From: Eledone cirrhosa
Lineage: Eukaryota
DNA: 64,000 bases
Reading direction: 5' to 3'
Assembly (NCBI GenBank): GCA_964016885.1
Contig: OZ024744.1
Span: forward strand, 14,322,001-14,386,000
Shown: positions 22,166-33,000 of the stretch, one piece after another
How the letters are laid out: each line of letters opens with the position of its first letter
Position numbering within the stretch: the first letter of the stretch is position 1
Notes under the pieces: model-generated
What the model was told of the DNA's origin: nothing
The model's database searches: none
Seen by the model: only the letters and a program-made list of their open reading frames with translations
Program-made: the position numbers and the translations under genes

Positions 22166-24684
22166 ATGACCATAGTATGGGAGTTGTGATCTCTCAATTT
22201 AGAGAGTGGCTTTAACTGGATTGACACTCTGATCTACTGAGACATTCAAACCCCATGTCCATAGTATTGGAGTTGTGATCTCTCAATTTAGAGTGTAGCT
22301 TTAACTGGAGTGACACTCTGATCTACTGAGACATTCAAACCCCATGTCCATAGTATTGGAGTTGTGATCTCTCAATTTAGAGTGTAGCTTTAACTGGAGT
22401 GACACTCTGATCTACTGAGACATTCAAACAACATGTCCATAGTATTGGAGTTGTGATCTCTCAATTTAGAGTGTAGCTTTAACTGGAGTGACACTCTGAT
22501 CTACTGAGACATTCAAACCCCATGTCCATAGTATTGGAGTTGTGATCTCTCAATTTACAGAGTAGCTTTAACTGGAGTGACACTCTGATCTACTGAGACA
22601 TTCTAACCACATGTCCATAGTATGGGAGTTGTGATCTCTCAATTTAGAGAGTAGCTTTAACTGGAGTGACACTCTGATCTACTGAGACATTCTAACCACA
22701 TGTCCATAGTTTGGGAGTTGTGATCTCTCAATTTAGAGAATCAGTGGCTTTAACTGGAGTGACACTCTGATCTACTGAGACATTCAAACCCCATATCCAT
22801 AGTATTGGAGTTGTGATCTCTCAATTTACAGAGTAGCTTTAACTGGAGTGACACTCTAATCTACTGAGACATTCAAACCCCATGTCCATAGTATGGGAGT
22901 TGTGATCTCTCAATTTAGAGAGTAGCTTTAACTGGAGTGACTCTCTGATCTACTGAGACATTCTAACCACATGTCTGTAGTATCAGAGTTGTGATCTCTC
23001 AATTTAGAGAATTAGTGGCTTTAACTGGAGTGACACTCTGATCAACTGAGACATTCAAACCCCATGTCCATAGTATGGGAGTTGTGATCTCTCAATTTAG
23101 AGAATCAGTGGCTTTAACTGGAGTGACACTCTGATCTACTGAAACATTCAAACCCCATGTCCATAGTATCGGAGTTGTGATCTCTCAATTTAGAGAATTA
23201 GTGGCTTTAACTGGAGTGACACTCTGATCTACTGAGACATTCAAACCCCATGTCCATAGTATGGGAGTTGTGATCTCTCAATTTAGAGAGTAGCTTTAAC
23301 TGGAGTGACACTCTGATCTACTGAGACATTCAAACCCCATGTCCATAGTATTGGAGTTGTGATCTCTCAATTTACAGAGTAGCTTTAACTGGAGTGACAC
23401 TCTAATCTACTGAGACATTCAAACCCCATGTCCATAGTATGGGAGTTGTGATCTCTCAATTTAGAGAGTAGCTTTAACTGGAGTGACTCTCTGATCTACT
23501 GAGACATTCTAACCACATGTCTGTAGTATCAGAGTTGTGATCTCTCAATTTAGAGAATTAGTGGCTTTAACTAGAGTGACACTCTGATCTACTGAGACAT
23601 TCTAACCACATGTCCATAGTATGGGAGTTGTGATCTCTCAATTTAGAGAGTAGCTTTAACTGGAGTGACACTCTGATCTACTGAGACATTCTAAACCAAT
23701 GTCCATAGTATTGGAGTTGTGATCTCTCAATTTAGAGAATTAGTGGCTTTAACTGGAGTGACTTTCTGATCTACTGAGACATTCTAACCACATGTCCATA
23801 GTATGGGAGTTGTGATCTCTCAATTTAGAGAGTTGCTTTAACTGGAGTGACTCTCTGATCTACTGAGACATTCTAACCACATGTCCATAGTATGGGAGTT
23901 GTGATCTCTCAATTTAGAGAGTGGCTTTAACTGGAGTGACTCTCTGATCTACTGAGACATTCTAACCACATGACTGTAGTATCAGAGTTGTGATCTCTCA
24001 ATTTAGAGAATTAGTGGCTTTAAGTGGAGTGACACTCTGATCTACTGAGACATTCTAACCACATGTCTGTAGTATCAGAGTTGTGATCTCTCAATTTACA
24101 GAGTAGCTTTAACTGGAGTGACTCTCTGATCTACTGAGACATTCTAACCACATGTCCATAGTATGGGAGTTGTGATCTCTCAATTTAGAGAGTGGCTTTA
24201 ACTGGAGTGACACTCTGATCTACTGAGACATTCTAACCAGATATCCATAGTATGGGAGTTGTGATCTCTCAATTTAGAGAGTGGCTTTAACTGGAGTGAC
24301 ACTCTGATCTACTGAGACATTCTAACCACATGTCCATAGTATGGGAGTTGTGATCTCTCAATTTAGAGAATTAGTGGCTTTAACTGGAGTGACACTCTGA
24401 TCTACTGAGACATTCTAACCACATGTCCATAGTATGGGAGTTGTGATCTCTCAATTTAGAGAATTAGTGGCTTTAACTGGAGTGACACTCTGATCTACTG
24501 AGACATTCTAACCACATGTCCATAGTATGGGAGTTGTGATCTCTCAATTTAGAGAATTAGTGGCTTTAACTGGAGTGACTTTCTGATCTACTGAGACATT
24601 CTAACCACATGTCCATAGTATTGGAGTTGTGATCTCTCAATTTAGAGAATTAGTGGCGTTAAGTGGGGTGACTCTCTGATCTAC
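22150..24684 (-). repeat. 93/89-bp tandem satellite (~28 copies) derived from RTE ORF coding sequence
   Basis: Monomer gatctactgagacattctaaccacatgtccatagtatgggagttgtgatctctcaatttagagaattagtggctttaactggagtgacactct. Its minus strand translates IRESLQLKPLIL*IERSQLPYYGHVVRMSQ, contiguous with the RTE fragment. Confidence 0.93.
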
Positions 24685-24995
24685 GGCTGGTTATGTTCAG
24701 CTATAGGTCAATTAAGAACAAGAGCAGCTCAAAAGTTATCCTAACTCTAAACATAAAGTGTCCCCCCGCCCCACAAAGCAGATTCTACATTTGACGTTTC
24801 TGTTTTCTTTTGTTTAAATAGAACGTAATGTGACTAATAATGGATTCAGCTGCTATTACTAGCAAGTGGACCATCTCATTCACAAGCAGACCATTGAGAC
24901 TGTTTTTTTTAACAAATCGCCTTGGTGTTATTGGGAGATAAATATTGCCTTGACTAGTAAAATAAACTATAGTCTGCTAGTTTTGTAATTCTAGT

Positions 24996-25912
24996 TCAAA
25001 AGTTATGAACAATTTTGAGGTAAAATAAAAGAAAGCAGGGCCATAAGTAGTGTATTTTATCATTTATTGAAGTTATCTTCATCACTACTGCGTGAAGTAT
25101 CACTTTCACCATCACTTCATCTTTGAACTCTTTATCGTCTTCAATGGCTCTAATATGAACATAAAGCTTGTTCGGATGAGATTTAGCCTTGTTAATGCAT
25201 CCTTGGATTGTTTTACTCTCCAGATTCTGAAATGATACATACAGTATAGAGATCCCACAGTTCAGAGCTTGGAGCACATCATTCCATTCTTCTTTCCACA
25301 ATGGTATCCTTTTCATTTAAGGAATCTTTGAACAGTTTGCAGAGCTACTTGGACTTGTCAAATCACGGTCCAATGAAACAATTTTCGATACAGCAGTCCA
25401 TCACATCCCGAGCAACAGTTCTAGTGTGAGTCGACCAACGATCTCTGAAAATTTTCTGGATTACAGAAGTCACAAGATGAAGATCAGGAACTACCAAAGC
25501 CTTTGGATTTCGATTTCCAGTCATCTTCCTCTCCGAGATTTCTCCAGTCTCAACATATTTAGTCCAGAGTACACTGTAGAGCTTATTACTTTGACCAAGG
25601 ACATTTTCTGTACGGTTCATGGCATCTGCATTCTTCTTCATTCACCTAGGTCTCTTGTTAATGTCCAGTACGACATGTTCATGACGAAATTTGGCTTGTA
25701 TAGAGAGAATATCCAGCTTCTCTTCCTTGATAAGGCTCCTATGTAGATTTCTTTTCACGAAACTCACCACATATTCGAAGATGGTTTATCCACTACCTTA
25801 TGCTTCTTCTTGGGAGTGTAAGAAACATTTCCTTGTCTTTTGTTCCTTCTCGGCTCCAAAATACGATCTTGAACTTTGTCCTTTCATTCATTTCTTCCAT
25901 TAACTTTTGATC
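24996..25912 (-). pseudogene. Decayed coding-like segment of unknown identity
   Basis: Consecutive minus ORFs (25363-25641, 24996-25316) plus an upstream in-frame stretch with protein-like composition, preceded by a polypyrimidine-CAG. No family recognised. Confidence 0.3.
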
Positions 25913-26024
25913 TGGAGGGGAGAGAAAAGTTAATGGTACAAAAGAAAGATTTTAACGAGCTTTATTCAACGAGTTAATGGGTTTAAACAGTAAAAACTGA
26001 GAAAAACACAAAATATGCCTCAAT

Positions 26025-26215
26025 AATTGTTTCTACTTTAGGCACAAGGCCAGCAATTACCCAGTGCATTACTGGTACTTTATTTTATCGACCCCGTAAG
26101 GATGAAAGGCAAAGTCAACCTCGGCGGGATTTGAACTCAGATCGTAAAGGGACGTAACTATGCTGGAAAGGATGACGTCCGACCCTCTACCGATACTGCC
26201 AATCCACCACCCTCT
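26025..26215 (-). mobile_element. SINE family A, copy 3
   Basis: Same consensus, with an 18-bp TSD aaaatatgcctcaataat at 26010-26027 and 26216-26233. Confidence 0.92.
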
Positions 26216-26413
26216 AAAATATGCCTCAATAATGTCGCGGAAACGGCCAAACACATTCATCAATTCAAGGGAGTTAATTCATATTAGATGTAGGGGAAAT
26301 AACTTTCTTTTGACATTACATTGTCTACAGTTTAAAGTAATCCACCCGAGACAGGTGATAATGTGGTTGTGGCAACATACGACGCTTTCCACCACTTTAG
26401 ATATTTTTACGGA

Positions 26414-27366
26414 TAGGGTTGAAGTTAGGTTTAGAGTCAGGGTTAGTGTCAGGGTTAGGGTTAGAGTTAGGGTTGGGGTTAGGGTTAGGGTTAGGGTTAG
26501 GGTTAGGGTTAGGGTTAGAGTTAGGAATAGGGTTGAAGTTAGGTTTAGGGTTAGGTTTAGTGTTAGGGCTAGGGTTAGGGTTAGTGTTAGGGTTAGGGTT
26601 AGGGTTAGTGTTAGGGTTAGGGTTAGGGTTAGGGTTAGGGTTAGGGTTATGGTTAGGGTTAGTGTTAGTGTTAGTGTTAGTGTTAGTGTTAAGTTAGGGT
26701 TAGGGTTAGGGTTAGGAATAGAGTTGAAGTTAGAGTTAGGGTTAGTGTTAGGGTTAGGGTTAGAGTTAGGGTTAGGGATAGGGATAGGGTTGAAGTTAGG
26801 ATTAGGGTTCTGTCAGGCCTATGGCTATGGTTAGGTTTAGGGTTAGTGTTAGGGCTAGGGTTATGGTTAGGTTTAGGGTTAGTGTTAGTGTTAGTGTTAG
26901 GTTTAGAGTTAGGGTTAGACCTAGTGTTAGTGTTAGTGTTAGGGTTAGATTTATGGGTAGTGTTAGGATTAGAGTAAGGGTTAGGGTTAGGGTTAGGGTT
27001 AGGGTTAGGGTTATGCTTAGTGTTAGGGTTAGGGCTAGGTTTAGGGTTAGTGTTAGTGTTAGTGTTAGTTTTAGGGTTAGGAGTTAGTGTTAGGGTTAGG
27101 GTTAGGGTTAGGGTTAGGGGTTAGTGTTAGTTTAGGGCTAGGGTTAGGGTTAGGACTAGGGTTAGGTTTAGGGCTATGGTTATGGTTAGTTTTAGGGTTA
27201 CAGTTAGGGTTCGGGTTAGAGTTAGTGTTAGGGTTAGGGTTAGAGTTAGGGTTAGGGTTAGGGTTAGGGTTAGGGTTAGGGGTAGGGGTAGCGTTAGTAT
27301 TAAGGGTAGATTTAGCGTAAGGGTTAGCGTCAGGATTCGGGTTAGGCATAGCGTTAGGTTTAGGGC
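26414..27366 (+). repeat. Interstitial telomeric-type repeat, degenerate (TTAGGG)n
   Basis: Runs of TTAGGG mixed with TTAGTG, TTAGAG, TTAGGT, CTAGGG and TTATGG in a mostly preserved 6-bp register. Confidence 0.93.
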
Positions 27367-27759
27367 TGTGCAAACTCTTCTTTAATGTCTGTTTGAAAGA
27401 TATCCGTTACAGCACGACAATCCTGGGAGGTATCACTCTCATTTTAGTCAGGGAAATTCAGCATGTGTACTCTTAAATGTAATTCTCAGGGAGATTCAGC
27501 TAGACACCGTGTCTGACATGGCTGAATGTTTCACACAAAGACACGATCAAAAGAAGACATAAATGAAGAAGAACACTTCGACACACATTCCAAGACAATG
27601 CCGTCTACATCTGCTAGTATTATAAGTTTGAGAAATCTAAGAAATAATATTTTTCAAGGGAGACAATTCTGTATATAATACATATTGATTCTCTCCCTTT
27701 GTGTGTTTGGATGTGTTTTGTACGTCTTGAAATTCAGACTGTCAGAGAAATGCTCCACT

Positions 27760-28140
27760 AAACCCCTAACAGGGGAACAACATAGGCAATTGTTGATTTG
27801 TGATGCGTTCGTGTCGGGTGTTCAATCCGCCACCATAAAACAACGACTTCTGGAATCACCTGACGAAAATCTAGATAAAATATTCCAAACCTCTCTCACA
27901 TTAGAACTGGCAATAGAAGACGCACAAAATCTGTCAACAATAACAATACAACCGCCGTCACAACCCGTATTCGCTGCTTCTTCATCAAAATGTTTCTGGT
28001 GTGGTGGTTTATATCACCAAAAATCAGAGTGCCCTGCAAAAAATTCAACTTGCAATTTCTACCACAAGAAAGGCCACTGGGTAACAGTATGTTTTGTTAA
28101 AAATAAGAAGGTACTAAAGAAGATAAAACACGCAGCAGTC
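27760..28140 (+). mobile_element. Ty3/Gypsy gag remnant with two zinc knuckles
   Basis: LICDAFVSGVQSATIKQRLLE...LDKIFQ followed by CFWCGGLYHQKSECPAKNSTCNFYHKKGHWVTVC. Confidence 0.82.
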
Positions 28141-28145
28141 TTATA

Positions 28146-29446
28146 TACATACACACATGTAGCTTCACTGACACACATACATACTCACATATATTAACTG
28201 ACACACACACACATGTAGCTTCACTGACACACATACATACACACATATATTCACTGACTCACACACACATGTAGCTTCACTGACACACATACACACATCT
28301 AGCTTCACTATCACACATACATACTCACATATATTCACTGATACACACAGACACACATGTAGCTTCACTGACACACATACATACACACATATATTCACTG
28401 ACGCACACACACATGTAGCTTCACTGACACACATACATACTCACATATATTAACTGACACACACGCACACATGTAGCTTCACTGACACACATACATACAC
28501 ACATATATTCACTGACACACACACACATATAGCTTCACTGACACACATACACACATCTAGCTTCACTATCACACATACATACACACATATATTCACTGAC
28601 ATACACACACATGTAGCTTCACTGACACACATACACACATCTAGCTTCACTATCACACATACATACACACATATATATTCACTGACACACACACACATGT
28701 AGCTTCACTATCACACATACATACTCACATATATTCACTGACACACACAGACACACATGTAGCTTCACTGACACACATACATACACACATATATTCACTG
28801 ACACACGCACACATGTAGCTTCACTGACACACATACATACGTATCTTCCCTGATGCATACATACATACACACACATATCTTCACTGACACATACATACAT
28901 ACACACATGTAGCTTCACTATCACGCATACACACATGTGGCTTTACTGACACATACACACATACATTCACTGACACATACAAACATATATTCACTGACAC
29001 ACACACACACACATGTAGCTTCACTGACACACACATACATATGTATCTTCACTGACACCACATACACACAAACACCCGTATCTTCACTGACACACACACA
29101 CACACACACATACACACAAACAGCCGTATCTTCTCTGACACACACACAAACACCCGTATCTTCTCTGACACGCACACACACACACACACACATACATACA
29201 CACATATACACACACAAACACCCGTATCTTCTCTGACACACACACACACACACACACACATACACACACATACACACAAACACCCGTATCTTCTCTGACA
29301 CGCACACACACACACACACACACCCGTATCTTCTCTGACACACACACACACACAAACACCCGTATCTTCTTTGACACACACACACATACACACATATACA
29401 TACGCAAACACCCGTATCTTCTCTGACACACACATATACACACACA
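28146..29446. repeat. CA-based compound minisatellite (two zones)
   Basis: 28146-29050 has repeated cacacatgtagcttcactgacac / catatattcactga cores. 29050-29446 has repeated caaacacccgtatcttctctgacac cores separated by variable (CA)n. Confidence 0.9.
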
Positions 29447-30845
29447 AGTTAATACCAACTTTTTCGAAGCCCTTGTTTATGGTCATGGCAAAAGCTGGTA
29501 TCACAAGGAACTGCCGTCTGCTCATATTGAAGGGTAGATCTGTTTTACTCGGATGCAGGTCAAGTCGTGGTAAGAAAGCTTCATTCCTTTTTTTTACTGC
29601 CAGTAATGATTTGTGCTTGAATATAAAATTCCTTAGAAGATAAAACCAAAAATCGAATACCATTCTGCAGCCGTTAGCAGGATCCAAATTTCTCAGCAAC
29701 ATCACAAAGGAATTTTTCTTCAGTGTTAGATTGTATGGGAGCATCCCTGATAGCATCAGAGAATTCAAAACCTCTTCCAGATAATTCATGATATTCTCAT
29801 CACTTTCGTCAACCAACACATAACACTTTGATATATCTGTAAGTCTCCATCTAGAAGTGATAATATCTTGGTATTCAGTTCCATTGAAACTTTGGTTTTT
29901 GGTGTTAAAATAATTTTTGTTGAAATTTCATCAATATCGCTGATACTTACTACAGAAATGTCGTCACCAAATGTCTCTTATCAAATTTCTAGATGAAATC
30001 ATGGTTTCAGGTATTTCTATTAGATCTTCATCTAAGCCCACATCATTAGTGTCTGTTCCATTTCCTATTCTAAGAAGCCATGCATTGAATTCTTCTTGTC
30101 CATTTATTCGCATATTCTCAGTTAAAGTAAAAATTGTCACATCTGTCCACAGAGGAGAATATTTTATAGAAGATTCAATTACAGCAGCATTTGACCTTCT
30201 CGGAATAACCGGCACAGTTTGCCTAAAGTTCCCTCCAAGAAGGAGAACTTTACCACCGAAAGGCTTATGGCTGTTCATTATTTCCGTTGGTGGATTGGCA
30301 GTATCGGTAGAGGGTCGGACGCCATGCTTTCCAGCATAATTACGTCCCTTTACGATCTGAGTTCAAATCCCACCGAGGTTGACTTTGCCTTTCATCCTTA
30401 CGGGGTCGATAAAATAAAGTACCAGTAATACACTGGGTAATTGCTGGCCTGGTGCCTAAAGTAGAAACAATTATTTCCGTTAGCAGAAGATCAATGCACC
30501 TCAATGCATTTCCTGAAAGCATTGATGCCTCATCAATTATTATTAAGTCAGCTAATTTTAATTTTTCAGAGCACTGTGATGGAGTCTTCATTAGTGATGT
30601 AGAATTTTCCAAGATAGGGACTGGCAGCTTAAAGCCGCTGTGTACAGTTCTTCCTTGATGCAATAGATCAGCAGCAATATCTGTTGTAGCAAATGAGAGA
30701 ACACCCTTTCCTTGACGACTCAAATACTATATCAAGGTATTGTAGAGGTACGTATTTCCTGTACCATCAAGGCTATCTAAAAAGAAAAATCTGCTGGGTC
30801 GGTGTTCTTCATCAATAGCTGTAACAATTTGATCAAACACACGAC
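29447..30845 (-). mobile_element. Decayed Helitron-type Pif1 (SF1B) helicase fragment
   Basis: Motifs in order: FFLDSLDGTGNTYLYNTLI (decayed Walker A), [70 protein letters not shown] and [16 protein letters not shown]. Confidence 0.9.
30289..30472 (+). mobile_element. SINE family A, copy 4, inserted in the helicase
   Basis: TSD attatttccgtt at 30277-30288 and 30470-30481. Removing the SINE and one TSD restores ...IDLLLTEI-MNSHKPFGGK. Confidence 0.93.
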
Positions 30846-30879
30846 GCTGATTGTTTGTCAAAGAGGTAATTTGTGCTTC

Positions 30880-31165
30880 CACTCCAAGGTCGTCCTGAAT
30901 TTCTACCTACACCTTTCCTACATACTGAGCAAAGCCATTTCCCTGAGGAGATCAGGGTTCTGTTTTCTCTTCTACTTACTAGGACCTTAGCCTTTGTCAG
31001 GTTGACTTTAAAAGCCCTTGTTTCTAGGACTTGCTTCCATGTTTGAAATTTCTTCTCTAGTTCCACCATAGATACTGCTCTGAATGTGAGATCATACAGG
31101 AGTTCCCATGGGCAGCTGGTTTTAAACTCATCTATTATAGTCTGTAGTACGATGACCGACAAGGC
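30880..31165 (-). mobile_element. Diverged internal RTE fragment (RT/PHD region)
   Basis: EFKTSCPWELLY...ELEKKFQTWK...GKWLCSVCRKGVGRNS is homologous to ~18270-18535. Confidence 0.88.
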
Positions 31166-32190
31166 ATGATTAGAAAACCATATTTGATTATACATTCTAA
31201 CACGTGTTTCATCATTGAGTTACATCACAGGGTCTACGGGAGATGTTTGGAGATATTAATTGTTCCAATCATTCCCTTGCACTGTTACTCAATGAATATT
31301 CAGAGAATAAAAACAATTTTTAGATTCCCTTTGATCTATAAATTAACTAGTTCTCAACCAATGACATATCTCATTCATGTAGCAACAAATATTGCTGAGA
31401 GCCCATAGCTCAATTTATCAATCCTTCCTATTTATATTCTATACTGGTATCACTGAAATTCTAAAAATTGTTTTTATTCTCTGAAGATTCGTTAAGTAAC
31501 ACTTTATAGCATGAGGATGTTTGTGGAAGATCAGCTGTCCCCCATGTATACCTGTCACCCCTCTCCACACCACCGATGCTGTCCAACTCATTTCTACAGC
31601 TGTGTATGTTTGGAATTGAAGGCCACTTAGGTAACTGAACTTTTCAGTACAGCTTTTGAAGAAAAAGGTTATAGACTATGTGATGGCATCTGGCCATAAA
31701 ACATGACCTCAAAACGGACCCCCTTGATGCCAAGATTCAGTGTTTGACAATACTTAAGTCAAAGTATGTGGAAATATAACAATGCCCTACTAAAGATCCT
31801 GTTAACAGATGTTAAGATGATTAATATTAAAGGATAGACTTTCAGCTAGTCTCCATTAAACAACATTCTGTTTATCATATATAGAATTAAATTTCATATA
31901 TCTATCTTCCACGTTATTTTAGAAAGGAGAAACAAAATGTCTGAATTTGTATTTTTGATAATTTATTTCTAAATTACAATATAAAAAAATGAAAAATAAG
32001 AAAAAAAGATTAACAATTATATTGTATAAGTACCAACCAGAACTTAGTTAAGGTAGCTAATGATAAATTGAAATAATGGTACAAAGATGAGATATTCATA
32101 GTTTTTAAGGTAATTATCTTAGTTGTCTTTTCTTTTTTATTATTTTACATTTTCCAGCCAATTGGCCGAGGCCATGCTGGAGCACCACTA

Positions 32191-32370
32191 TTTGGCAGTA
32201 TCGGTAGAGGGTCGGACATGCTTTCCAGCGTAGTTACATCCCTTTACAGTCTGAGTTCAAATCCCGCCGAGGTTAACTTTGCCTTTCATCCTTACGGGGT
32301 CGATAAAATAAAGTATCAGTAATACACTGGGTTATTGCTGGCCTTGTGCCAAAAAGTAGAAACAATTATT
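32191..32370 (+). mobile_element. SINE family A, copy 5
   Basis: ttggcagtatcggtagagggtcggac...gagttcaaatcccgccgagg...gtagaaacaattat. Confidence 0.88.
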
Positions 32371-33000
32371 ACTTTACTGTATAAAATGAAGTGTGTGTGA
32401 GTGTCATCATCATCGTTTGACATCCCATTTCCCTGCTAGAAATAACTCTTTATTCTCCTTTGTATCTCATCCTAATTGTGTACACACACACTGTATAAAA
32501 ATACAAAGATGTTATTAAATGAAATCTTAGATAAATTCTCATTAAAATGTTTCTTTCATCTTTGTTTTATTTTTCCACATCTATTTAGAAATATTGTACA
32601 ATAGTTGAGTAATTTTCAGAAAAACTGTTTTATTTATTATAAAATTGAATGAAATAAAAGTGATGTAATAAATGAAGTTTAAGAATAATTTTTAATAGTT
32701 TTAATATTAGTATGATTCAGATTTAAATCAAAGGTTGCCAACATTTTAATGTTCTGGTCAAAATATTTTGATCTGGAGCTAAATCAATAACGGCTACAAT
32801 CTGTTGCTCAAGAGTAAGATGTTTCTGTGGAAGTGTATACCGAATATTGTCTTCAGCACCAAAAATAATTCAAGTAACATGTTCCAAGGCACCATAACAA
32901 TTCAGAGTTATTTCATCCCTTTGAGAGTAGACATTTCAAATATTGGTTATTTTATCCCTAAAAACAATTCTATGAACATTTTTGAAGCTAAGAATGCTGA

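Noticed and set aside
26160-27385. VR/LG/PN-repeat ORFs
   Set aside because: Translation of (TTAGGG)n-type repeats.
29447-30845. Host PIF1 gene
   Set aside because: Intronless, with multiple stops and frameshifts, a broken Walker A and Helitron-type motif wording.
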